Assembly: GCA_964016885.1 (NCBI GenBank)
Contig: CAXHJY010000275.1
Coordinates: 248,001 to 312,000, forward strand
Direction of reading: 5' to 3'
Source: Eledone cirrhosa
Lineage: Eukaryota
Length of the DNA stretch: 64,000 nt
A program made the translations under genes and the position numbers. The notes under the pieces were generated by a model. It saw only the letters and a list, made by a program, of their open reading frames with translations, made no database searches and was not told the origin of the DNA. Of the stretch, positions 51,591-62,157 are shown one piece after another; the first letter of the stretch is position 1; every line of letters begins with the position of its first letter.

Positions 51591-52585
51591 GAGATGTTAT
51601 GTGAGATATTATATGAGGTAAAGTCTTTACTGTGAAGATACAATAGTATATATAGAGTAATGTAATGTTGTGAGATATTATGTTAGGTAAAGCCTTTCCT
51701 GTGAAAATACAACAGTATATATAGAGTAATGTAAATGTTATGTGAGGTAAAATCTTTACTGTGAAAATACAATAGTATATATAGAGTAATGTTATGTGAG
51801 CTAAAGCCTTTACTGTGAAAATACAATAGTATATATAGAGTAATGTAAAGGTTATGTGAGGTAAAATCTTTACTGTGAAAATACAATAGTATATATAGAG
51901 TAATGTTATGTGAGGTAAAGCCTTTACTGTGAAAATACAATAGTATATATATAGTAATGTAAATGTTATGTGAGGTAAAGCCTTTACTGTGAAAATACAA
52001 TAGTATATATAGAATAATGTAAATGTTATGTGAGGTAAAATCTTTACTGTGAAAATACAATTGTATATATACAGTAATGTAAATGTTATGTTAGGTAAAG
52101 CCTTTACTGTGAAAATACAATAGTATATATAGAGTAATGTTAATGTTATGTGAGGTAAAGCTATTACTGTGAAAATACAATAGTATATATGTAGAGTAAT
52201 GTAAATGTTATGGGAGATATTATGTGAGATAAAGCCTTTACTGTGAAAATACAATGCTATATATATAGAGTAATGTAAATGTTGTGTGAGGTAAAGCCTT
52301 TACTGTGAAAATACACTAGTATATATAGAGTAATGTAAATGTTATGTGAGGTAAAGCCTTTACTGTGAAAATACAACAGTATATATATAGAGTAATGTAA
52401 ATGTTATGTGAGGTAAAGCCGTTACTGTGAAAATACAATAGTATATATAGAGTAATGTAAATGTTATGTCAGATATTATGTGAGGTAAAGCCTTTACTGT
52501 GAAAATACAATAGTATATATAGAGTAATGTTATTTGAGGTAAAGCCTTTACTGTGAAAATACAATAGTGTATATAGAGTAATGTG
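51591..52585. repeat. ~52-60-bp AT-rich minisatellite (~17 units) derived from MITE internal sequence
   Basis: Unit GTAATGTAAATGTTATGTGAGGTAAAGCCTTTACTGTGAAAATACAATAGTATATATAGA; single units also at 38909-38950 and 42958-43011. Confidence 0.95.
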
Positions 52586-53176
52586 AATGCTAAAAAGTTA
52601 AGGCGTCTTCCCTGCTAGAGCAGGAGTTAACCTTGTGGACCCATGACAAACTTCTCTATTTTTCCCAATCATCTATACCCCTCTTTTACCTAATCCTTCT
52701 TTTCATTTCCTTCTCAGTCATCTTAAGTCATGTCTTTGTTGGTCTTCCCTTTCTTCTACATCTTTCCACCTTCATTTCCATCACACTTCTTACCTATTCA
52801 CTTTCATCCTTCTTCAACACATCACCTAGCACATACTCTCGAATATAAGTTCACCTTCCCTGTTTTATGTCTAAGAAATTAGCCAAACCTCCATTTATAA
52901 GCTAAATCAGCTAATCAGCACATTGTTTAGATGGCATATATACGTCCGTCCATTTTACCATCAATTTTTGGTCACATTTTCCTTGGCATATATTTGACTA
53001 CTTTATTCTATCAAGTGATATCTACTATTGGAAGCATATAGGGATTTTTTCTTCAAATTATAATGGTAACATTATTCCATGGATTTTGGCATGTCTAAAA
53101 ATTGAAATTTGTTGCTATTTAAACATGTACTGTTTCTAATTTGTAATGTAGAGGTCCCAACGTAAATAACTATAAC

Positions 53177-53364
53177 TGTTTCTACTTTAGGCACAAGGCC
53201 AGCAAATACCCAGTGCATTACTGGTACTTTATTTTATCGACCCCGTAAGGATGAAAGGCAAAGTCAACCTCGGCGGGATTTGAACTCAGATCGTAAAGCG
53301 CCGTAACTATGCTGGAAAGCATGGCGTCCGACCCTCTACTGATACTGCCAATCCACCGCCCTAT
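53177..53364 (-). mobile_element. Second Nin/Deu-like tRNA-SINE with 11-bp TSD
   Basis: Homologous to 33940-34133; TSD ATAACTATAAC at 53166-53176 and 53365-53375. Confidence 0.85.
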
Positions 53365-53407
53365 ATAACTATAACAATAGTTGATCACTACATAAAATAG
53401 TTACAAA

Positions 53408-53735
53408 GGTGCATGGCTTAGTGGTTAGAGCATTGGGCTTGCAATTGAGAGGTTGTGAGTTTGATTCCCGAACTGGGTAATGCGTTGTCTCCTTGAACAA
53501 GACACTTTATTTCACGTTATTCCAGTTCACTCAGCTGTAGAAATGAGTTGCGACATCACTGGTGCCAAGCTGTATCAGCATTGCCTTTCCCTTGGACAAC
53601 ATTGGTGGCACGGAGATGGGACACTGGCATGCATGGGTAACTGCTGGTCTTCCACAAACACATCTTACCCAGATTTGTGCCTTGGAGGGAAAATTTCTAG
53701 GTGCAATACCATGGTCATTAGTGACCGATGGCGAT
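53408..53735 (+). mobile_element. tRNA-derived SINE (same head as 32470, different tail)
   Basis: GGTGCATGGCTTAGTGGTTAGAGC A box, GAGTTTGATTCC B box, CCTTGAACAAGACACTTTATTTCAC...CAGCTGTAGAAATGAG, then an unrelated tail. Confidence 0.78.
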
Positions 53736-53854
53736 TAAGAATAGAAAATAGTCCAGAGAAAGTGAACAGGGTATTCTGTCCACATTTTTCATCTCCAGGG
53801 ATACTTTACCCAATTTTCTCAACTATTACTTATACTGATCTGCCTCTGCTGAGA

Positions 53855-53978
53855 TTAGCTTTGCCTTTCATCCCTAAGGGATCGATAAAATAAAGTACCA
53901 GTAACGCACTGAGGTCAATTTAATTGACTTTCTTCTCCCCAAAACTTATTGGCCTTGTACTATATCAGAAACCATTAT
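53855..53978 (+). mobile_element. Nin/Deu-like SINE 3' fragment
   Basis: CTTTGCCTTTCATCCCTAAGGGATCGATAAAATAAAGTACCAG...GGCCTTGTAC. Confidence 0.7.
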
Positions 53979-54086
53979 GGCGATCAACTATTGTTATAGT
54001 TATTTACATTTCAAATTCCAAATTTTCCCCATGTTTCTTCAGTCAAATAGATGTTCACAGTTTCTAATGTTTTTCTATTTATCTAG

Positions 54087-54191
54087 GTTCAGAAACATGA
54101 AATACATCTCACTATTTTGGAATCTAGATTAGATAACTTAACACTGGCAATTTCTCAGCTGACAGAAAACATGGATAATTTAACTAGACAG
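54087..54191 (+). CDS. SUCO: SUCO-like coiled-coil exon (VQKHEIHLTILESRLDNLTLAISQLTENMDNLTRQ)
   Basis: tttatctAG acceptor and CAG|GTAAAA donor; 105 nt, phase 0-0, heptad-like Leu/Ile spacing. Confidence 0.85.
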
Positions 54192-54423
54192 GTAAAATAT
54201 ATATATTTATTTACTGGACATTGTTTTCTTACTCACCATTTTCTCTTCTGATCCTCCCCAATAGAGTATCACAGGCTGATACCATCTTTGTAGTTCACCA
54301 GTTATCTTTATCACTGATGAATTGATACAACATTTCTTTATTTATGTTCACTGGTTTAGAAGGCAGTTTATTTCATAAGAAATATGATAATGAAAGAGTT
54401 GTATAATAGCTTTGTCTGTGTGT

Positions 54424-54680
54424 CATCATCATCATCATCATCATCATTTTACGTTCGCTTTTCCCTGCTTGCAAGGGTGGGACTGGAACTGATTCTGGCT
54501 TGGTTTCTACAGCTGGATGCCCTTCCTAACACCAACCTCATTTACAGTCATTGCTGGGTGCTTTTTTGCCATGGCACCCCCACGACTACTTTACAGTGGG
54601 ATGATATTGACCCCAGTCCCTATCATCTCATTTCTACAGCTGAGTAAACTGGAGCAATGTCAAATAAAGTGTCTTGCTGA
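54424..54680 (-). mobile_element. 5'-truncated copy of the 32141-32470 SINE
   Basis: Colinear with 32145-32380, has a (CAT)n tail and lacks the tRNA head. Confidence 0.85.
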
Positions 54681-54682
54681 AG

Positions 54683-54724
<42 letters not shown>

Positions 54725-54730
<6 letters not shown>

Positions 54731-57533
54731 TAAACGGAATAGAAAATGCTGACAAATTGTTCACAGTTGAAAAATGGTTTAATTAGGAATAAAAGAGTAT
54801 TAGTGATTGTATGGGTTAGTATTCAGTTGTGGTTTTAAGTTTTTAAGTTTTTACCGGTTGCGCATTTCTAAATGCTTTTCAAAAATAATTTTGAGATAGA
54901 GTGTCCGTGCTGTTTGCTCTGATCTGATTAGTTTTGGGAATTCTACCTGTTTTTATGTTAAAAAAGTGGCTTCAGCGTTACTTTGGTGTTGCAAAATTTC
55001 TTGTGGTCAAAACAATTTTGATTGGTCGGTAGAGGTCATGTGAGTGTAAAAAATTGATTTTGCGCCAAGACTGTTTTTATGTTAAAAAAGTGGCTCCAGC
55101 AACAATTCTTGTGGTCAAAACAATTTTGATTGGTCGGTAGAGGTCATGTGAATAAAAAATTGGTTTTGCGCCAAGATTGAGAAATGACTCTTTCACAACA
55201 AATGTGTGTGTGTGTGTGTAGTAGTAGTAAGGTGTTCGATGTTGTGATAATGGTTAGCAGTGATGTGTGTCAAATGGCTATTGAGATAAGTGTGTGTGTG
55301 TGTGTGTGTAAAGCAGAGTAATTCGTGGTGGCAGGGATGGTCAGTAAGAATGTATCTGAAAGCAATGGGGGGTATTTTAGCATGTCAAAAGATATTTTTC
55401 AGCTTTTGTCTTATACGGAGAAGTGTGCGTGTATATAAGTCTCTTTGTATATTGATGTATATACGGAGAAGTGCGTGTGTGTGTGTGTGTATATATATGT
55501 CTCTTTGTATGTTGATGTACACGTGTGTATGTGTGTGTGTATATATATGTGTGTGTGTGTGTGTGTGGGTGGACCAGTATTTTTTTCCCCCTGGTAAAAT
55601 GGTGTACATTATTCGATTTTTTTCAGTAAAATCGGTTCTCTTAATAGAACATCAAAAATCTTAACAATAAAAGGTGTGAAATGATATTCACTATATATAT
55701 ATATACACACATACATATATTCACTATATACATATATATATATATATATACATATATACACATATATATGCACATATATTTTTTTTGTGTTGCACCATAG
55801 AGCATGTGTGTTTACGTATGTCATTGTGTTTATATGTGGGTAGAGATGTGTGCTGATGTAGGTATGTATGTTGACGTGTGTATGTTGTGGGTTCGTCTTA
55901 GGGAGAAGTGTTTAGACGGGGTCCGTATTTGTTAATGAAGTAAGATTCCTTGCTGATGCGCTGGGTGTGGGTAGCATTATCTTTAAATTTGTAGAGGGGA
56001 AAGATTCTGAAGTTGGGATGATTTTGGGCGGCACAGGTATCAATGTGTTCACTCAGTGGTATTTTCCTGTATTCCCGTATTTTAATTTGGGATCTATGGA
56101 CAGTCATGCGTTGGCGGAGGCTGTTTTTGGTCTGGCCTATGTATTGTTCTCGACAACCTGAACAAGTTAATACATATATTAGATTTTCCGATGCACATGT
56201 GAAATTGTGTTTTACTATAAAACGTTGTCCATCTTTGAAATAGAATTCCGAACCCTCTATTCGGTTGATGCAAATGCCACAGTTGGGTCTATCGCATTTT
56301 TTTACTGTGGGTTTCGTTGTTGTGGTTGGCAGTACTTTGGCATGTGTTAAGATGTTTTTCATTGACTTGGATTGTCTTTTGCTCTTTATGATATCGTGTG
56401 TTCGTAGAATTTGGTTCATTCTATGGTCCTTTTTCAATACAGGGATGTTCTGGAGGATGGTGTCAAAGGCCTCATTGTTGAGGGGGTTGTGTGTGGAGAT
56501 GTATGGAAGAGCTTTTAGTTTTGGTTGATTTACTTTAGGGTGTCTAAGGTCCTGGGTACTGAGTTTTAGGGCACGTTGGATTCCATTGTTAATTAGTGAT
56601 GCAGGGTAGTCCCTGCCTATGAGTGTGTCCTTTAGTTCTTGTAGCCGTAAGTAGCAGATGTTTTTGTTGGAGACTATAGTACAGATTCTCTTGGCTAAGT
56701 TGTAGGGAATATTAATTTTAACGTGTCTAGGGTGGCAAGAGTTGAAGGGGAGATATTGCTTGGAGTCTGTGGGCTTGTAGTATATGTCTGTTTCTATTTT
56801 TTTGTTATGGATCTTAATGAGGATGTCGAGGAAGGGGAGTTGTTGATGGCTGTATTCCATCGTGAAGTTAATATTTGTGTTGAGCCCATTTATAAGGGTG
56901 TGAAATTCTTTAAGTTTTTCGATGTTTTCGTGCCAAAAAATGAAGCAGTCATCTAGATATCGCTTCCAGTTCCTTTCAATGTGTAAGTGGAGGGTGTTTC
57001 CAAATTTTAGAGGGTGATTTCCAGGTATCCCATGACTAGGTTGGCATAAGTGGGGGCTGTTTTCGTTCCCATAGCGGTCCCAGATTTCTGCCTGTAGGGT
57101 TTGTTATTGAAAACGAAGTAATTGTTCTCCAAGATTAATTTGAGTCCCTCTATCACAAATTCTTTTTTGATGCGTTGTGGGAGTTCATTGTGGAAATTAT
57201 CCAGCCAGAATTGGATAGCTTCTATTCCTAGGTTGTGGGGGATGTTGGAGTATAGGTTGACTACATCGAACGTCACTAGTAGGGTTTGTTCAGGGAGTGG
57301 CATATTAGGGAGGTGATTGAGCATATCTAGGTCGTCCCTTATATAGCTTTTGATGTGTTTGAGAAAAGGCTTGAGAAGGGTATCAATGAAGTTGCTAAGA
57401 CGGTGCGTTTCGCAAGCGGGGCCTGCTATTATAGGTCTTAATTTGAGATCATTGGGTGAGGGGACATTGATGACTATGTCTGTGGCTTCCTTGCATGCCT
57501 TACTTATTGATTCGCTTTTATGTACTTTAGGGA
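54725..57533 (-). mobile_element. Penelope-like element (RT plus GIY-YIG endonuclease), 5'-truncated, long 3' region
   Basis: RPIIAGP, FDVVNLYSNIPH, QKSGTAMGTKTAPTYANL, WKRYLDD, LPFLDI, YYKPTD, SCHP; then KCDRPNCGIC and NLIYVLTCSGC..QYIGQT..RMTVH (GIY-YIG). ORF ends at 55898; flanked by (TA)n. Confidence 0.94.
54847..54885 (-). ncRNA. Hammerhead-ribozyme-like motif with variant core, in the Penelope 3' terminal region
   Basis: Minus strand TTT-TTGAAAA-GCATT(TAGA)AATGC-GCA-ACCGGT-A-AAAAC: hammerhead topology with helix II, a palindromic helix III and a UA cleavage doublet. Confidence 0.5.
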
Positions 57534-57549
57534 TACATAAAAGCGAATT

Positions 57550-60270
57550 TTGTCATCTCACCGACATAACCACTTTACAGTGGGGACTGGGCACTTTTGT
57601 CTTGGATCTAGGGATGGGGAAGGAAGCTTGGGTAATTTGTGGACATAGGTAATAGGAGAGGGGTGGTTACCGCAAAGGGAGGTGTAGCATGGAGGCTTCA
57701 TTCATTTCTTTCTAATCTTTGCAGGTTTTCAGCACACAGTACCCAGGTCTCGCTGCTGTGCAACATTGCTGTTCATATACATCCATCTTTCAGTCTTCCT
57801 TTCATTTTAAGAGAAAAACCTTTTGTAGTTAGTAACGGTAGTAGCTCCCTGAACTTTCTCCAACCTGATCTCACTCTGGTTCCTGTGCTTTCAGAACACC
57901 CTCCCCCACTACTTGTTTTGTCACCCAGGTAATGGAAACTAACTACTACTTCAACTCAGCTATCTGAGCATTTGAAGGTGATTGTATCCTGAGGGTTCTT
58001 GCTACTTACTGCCCTATGCACCGGCCAAAAGTAAAACCTACATTCTTTGTTTGCCTGCCTGAGATCCTATTACATCTCTTGTGTACCCATTGCTTGCGTT
58101 TAGTACATAGAATGGAGTTTCTACCTACTCCTCTTTTGCACACTGAGCAGGGCCTTTTCCCAGAGGAGATCTGGCCCCTGTTTTCCCTTCTACTTAATAG
58201 GACTTTAGTCTTTGCCTGGTTGACTTTAAGACTTTTAGATTCTAGGCCTTGCTTCCAGGTTTGGAATTTCATTTTTAGTTCAGATATAGATTCGGCTATA
58301 CAGCTTAGGTCCTCAGCATACAGAAGTTCCCATGGGCAGCCGGTCTTAAACTCCTCCGTTATTTCCTGCAGAATGATAATAAAACTTGAGAGGGCTAAGA
58401 ACAGAGCTCTGATTGACACCAGCCTGCACTCTAAATTCTTCACTGTAGTCATTGTTAATTCTGACCTTACTTCTATACATTGCTTGAATTGCCCTCACAA
58501 GCCATTCATCAACTGCTAGTTTCCTAAGAGCCCACCAGATAATGGAACGGGGCACTCTATCAAAAGCTTTCTCAAGGTCGATAAAAGCCAAGCAGAAGGG
58601 CTTACTCTTAGCTAGGTACTTTTCCTACAGTTGTCTTACAAGGAAGAGGGCATCTGTGGTACTCTTACCTGGGACAAATCCAAACTGCATCTCATCTATG
58701 TTCTCTAATCAGCTGAGCTAAGACTTTTCAGTGACCTTCATAACCTGGTCAACCAACATAATGTCTCTATAGTTTTATCTATCTAGGGCATCTCCTTTGC
58801 CCTTGTAGCAGTTTACAAGGATGCTGCTAGACCAGTCATTGGATATGACACCATTTTATATGACTTGGTTTACAATGCGGGAGACTATGGTGTGGCCCAC
58901 CATACCTGAAGTTTTCAGCATCTCAGCAACTATCCCTGAGGGACCAACTACCCTGCCTGACTTCATATCCTTGATTACCTTACTTACTATACTACCGCTA
59001 ACTTGTACAGCCGGTTCCTCTGTTGGGTCAACATGTGTCAGACTGTCTTTATCCCATACATTCTCCTCATTCAGTAATCTTTCATAGTGGAACTTCCAAG
59101 CTACCTTCTATTCAGCGTCAGTGAGGGCAAGTTCACCAGAATCATTTCGGATGCACTTCTCTCCACCGACATAATAATTTTCCCTGACATACTGTTTAGC
59201 AATTCTTAACACCTCACACCTTTGATCCTCACCCTGCAAAACATGCTTAAATTTTTTGTTTTCTGCTTCCCTTCTAGTAAGGTAAACTTGTTGCCTAGCC
59301 TTCTGTTAAACTTCCCTGCTACGCCAACCTTTGCAAGCCTGTCTTTTGGCCTTAATTGTCTTATCTACTTTACTATTCCACCATCAAGTCACTCTCCATC
59401 TCCCTAGAGACCTACTCCAACCAGAGATTTCATCCATTGCTTTCAGTAGGTTATCTTTCAGGAACTCCCACTGCTCCTCTATATTGTATGTCTCTATTTG
59501 CTCTTCCTTGCTGTCGAAAGCGTCAGTCTACATACTTCTATATTTGTCACTGTTTGATGGGTCTTTTAACTTCCATACTCATCTCCTCTAGGTTGGCTTC
59601 TGTTGTCGAGTTCTTCTAGCCCTGAATATAAGGTCACTAACTACTAAGTTATGTTGGGAGGTGCATTATTCACTGAGGAGGGACTTTGTTCTCCTAACAG
59701 TCACTCTGTCTCGTCTTCTAGTAACAATGAAATCAATTGGCTGGCTGATCTATGTGATTAGGTGGCTGTCTTGTTTTCAGAAGTTCGTGTTATAGATAAA
59801 TAGGTCATTTGTGTCGCGGAATTACTCGTTTCTAGTGCCGTACCCGTAACCCCTGTGGATCACATCAAAACCCTTGCAGAGTTGTCCCACATGTCCGTCA
59901 AAGTCACCTGCAATGATTAGCAAGTCATTGTCATTTATTTGGGTGGTAGTGAGCATTAGGGACTCATAGAACCTGTCTTTTTGTATGTCTAGGAGTCCAG
60001 ATTGAGGAGTGTAAGCAGATATAATTGTCGTGGTTGTTCTATTTAGTACAACTCTAAGTTTAATTATTCTGTCATTTATTTTATTTACCCACTTTTCTGC
60101 TACCAAAATCCCTACTCCACCCAGCCTGTCGTCATTTCTCACCCAGAAAAATTTGTAGCATTGTTTTTTTGCCTACGAGGAATCGAGCTGACGTACGTTT
60201 CCTTCTAGTCTCTTGTACACATCTCTGCAATCTCTCTAGATCTACCTTATGCCAATGTTGATGGTGTCAT
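57550..60270 (-). mobile_element. Heavily decayed RTE-clade LINE with internal and terminal deletions
   Basis: Fragments GGVGILVAEKWV..SAYTPQ..AGDFDGHVG (59822-60142), FIDLEKAFDRVP, WELLYAED, CSVCKRGVGRNS; many stops and frameshifts. Confidence 0.92.
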
Positions 60271-60645
60271 ATATATAGAGAGAGACTAAATATTTATTAT
60301 TTGAACAGATTGTAAGTTTAAGCACAGAATTTTATATATACCACTGCTCACTCTCCTCTATCTCTCTATTTCTTATTTAATTTCTTATTCTATTTTCTGA
60401 TGAAGTACTAGCATCCAAAATGTTAAGACTTTTCCTACTATATTAAGTCTGAAGCTAAATAATATATATCTTCATTGCGCTTCGTCTATTGTGTTTTTTT
60501 CCATTTACTTTTCACATGACCAATCTTGCCTCAAGTGGACAAACCCATCCTACCCATGCTAGGATGGAAGTTGGATGTTGAACAATGACAATGATGACGT
60601 TTCCTTGGTCCGATTTGACGAAAGTCGATTGACCATTGTTATATA

Positions 60646-61150
60646 TATGTGATGCGTATGAAGGATGACAGCTGCATAATAAGATGTAGAGCACTAAAAG
60701 TCGATGGAAGTCGCGGAGTGGATAGCCCCAAGAAGACCTGCGATGGGGTTATGGAAGCCGACCTTGCCCCATTGCGCCTCTCGGAGGTGATGACACACGA
60801 CCGTGACCTCTGGCATCATGCAGTAATACAGAAGACCTTCCCCCCTCCCCTTCCCCACGGGTACAAGCCGACACTGAAGCATATAGACAATATGCCTCCC
60901 CCCACTGCAAAATGGTCGTGGAGGTACCACAGCAAAAAAAAAGTGGACGTGGAGGCGCCACGGAAAAAAAGCAGCCAGCACTCACTGTAAATGAGGTTGG
61001 TGTTAGGAAGGGCATCCAGCTGTAGAAATCAAGCCAGTATCAGTTCTCGTATGAGCAAGACAAGGTCAGCCAACCGGATACTGCCTAAAACAGGACAACC
61101 CATCTAACCCATGCTAGCGTGGAAGAACGGACGTAAAACGGTGGTGATGA

Positions 61151-61153
<3 letters not shown>
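60646..61153 (+). mobile_element. 3' fragment of the same RTE family as 38951-42957
   Basis: Colinear with 42445-42957 (VMRMKDDSC...DRDLW, the 3' UTR, GGTGATGATGAT tail), followed by (TA)n. Confidence 0.9.
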
Positions 61154-61192
<39 letters not shown>

Positions 61193-61408
61193 TCGCCTGT
61201 CTTCTAGTCCACCAGTCGCAAGCGGTGGGAGGGACCGTCCTAAGGATGGCCAGTTAAGCCTGAAATGCATAGACGGTTGTCCCCCTCGCTTCTGCTGGAC
61301 ATCACCAGAGGGCGTTAGCCACAGCCCCCATTCTTTTGCATAGCTACAGCTTTCTAAAACCGTATTTCTTTGGAAATACGAAATTATTATACATAATATA
61401 TATATATA

Positions 61409-61460
<52 letters not shown>

Positions 61461-61468
<8 letters not shown>

Positions 61469-61796
61469 CGAGGTATAAGTCAACACTTTATAATTTACTT
61501 GTTTCATTACCGTTATATATATTTTGGTGATAGTCACAATTCAACAGCTATGACTTCTTCAGATAGTTAGAAGCAACAAATAAAAAACATAAAAAACAAA
61601 GTTTTTCGTGGAGAAAAAATGATATATTGTCAGTTGTTGATATCATTTTTTTCTCTAAGAAAAACTTTGTTTTTTATGTTTTCTATTTGTTGCTTCTGTC
61701 TGAAGAGGTCATAGCTGTTGTGGCTATCACTGAAATATATATAACGGCAATGAAAGAAGTAAATTATGAAATATTGACTTATACCTCTTGTTTATA
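61461..61796. repeat. ~335-bp imperfect palindrome (foldback) with a hammerhead-like motif in each arm
   Basis: Arm 61461-61625 is the reverse complement of 61640-61796 (e.g. AAACGAGGTATAAGTCAA and TTGACTTATACCTCTTGTTT), with a ~14-nt spacer. Confidence 0.88.
61696..61747 (+). ncRNA. Minimal type I hammerhead-like motif
   Basis: CTGT-CTGAAGA-GGTCATAGC(TGTTGTG)GCTATCACT-GAAA-TATATA-TA-ACGG: intact CUGANGA and GAAA core, helix II, AU palindrome as helix III, and 4-bp helix I. Confidence 0.55.
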
Positions 61797-61971
61797 AATT
61801 TATTCCAGAGTTAACAGAACCTATTGTGGACTTTATTGACTGCTCTACCCTGCATACTAGAGTGTTGGTGTTAAACTAATACATAATCTGATTAATTATA
61901 TATATATAGTTGAAAATGAACAAACAAAACACAGGAGGCAATCGTACACAGTTATATTAGGAGGAGGTTTT

Positions 61972-61999
61972 GACGTTTCGGACAGAAGTCCTTTATCAG
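61972..61999 (-). ncRNA. Degenerate minimal hammerhead in a Penelope-terminus-like fragment (~61900-62050)
   Basis: Minus strand CTGATAAA-GGAC(TTCT)GTCC-GAA-ACGT-C; G8 is changed to A; the fragment is flanked by (TA)n. Confidence 0.55.
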
Positions 62000-62157
62000 G
62001 AAAGTTCAGATAGAGGGAGAACAGAAACTCCAAGGAAGAGTAAGGGAGGATTATATATATATATATATATCCTCACCATCATCATCATTTAACGTCCACT
62101 TTCCACACTAACATGCGTTATGGCCAGTTTTTCATTAACTTTTTTTTTATTTTACAG

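Larger units (their letters stand above)
38756..52597. mobile_element. piggyBac-type (TTAA) MITE expanded by an internal minisatellite and nested LINEs
   Basis: TTAA|CCCTTTAGCATT at 38752-38767 and AATGCTAAAAAG|TTAA at 52586-52601. The segments 38756-38950 and 52540-52597 align to the reverse complement of the compact copy at 63158-63350. Confidence 0.85.

Noticed and set aside
51511-52254. 247-aa hydrophobic repeat protein
   Set aside because: This is a translation of the MITE-derived minisatellite.
53408-53480. tRNA gene (also at ~32400-32470 and ~37200)
   Set aside because: A and B boxes are present, but there is no convincing cloverleaf and the sequence continues into SINE body.
55290-55824. 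Short ORFs rich in CV/YI/HT dipeptides
   Set aside because: These are translations of (TG)n and (TA)n microsatellites.
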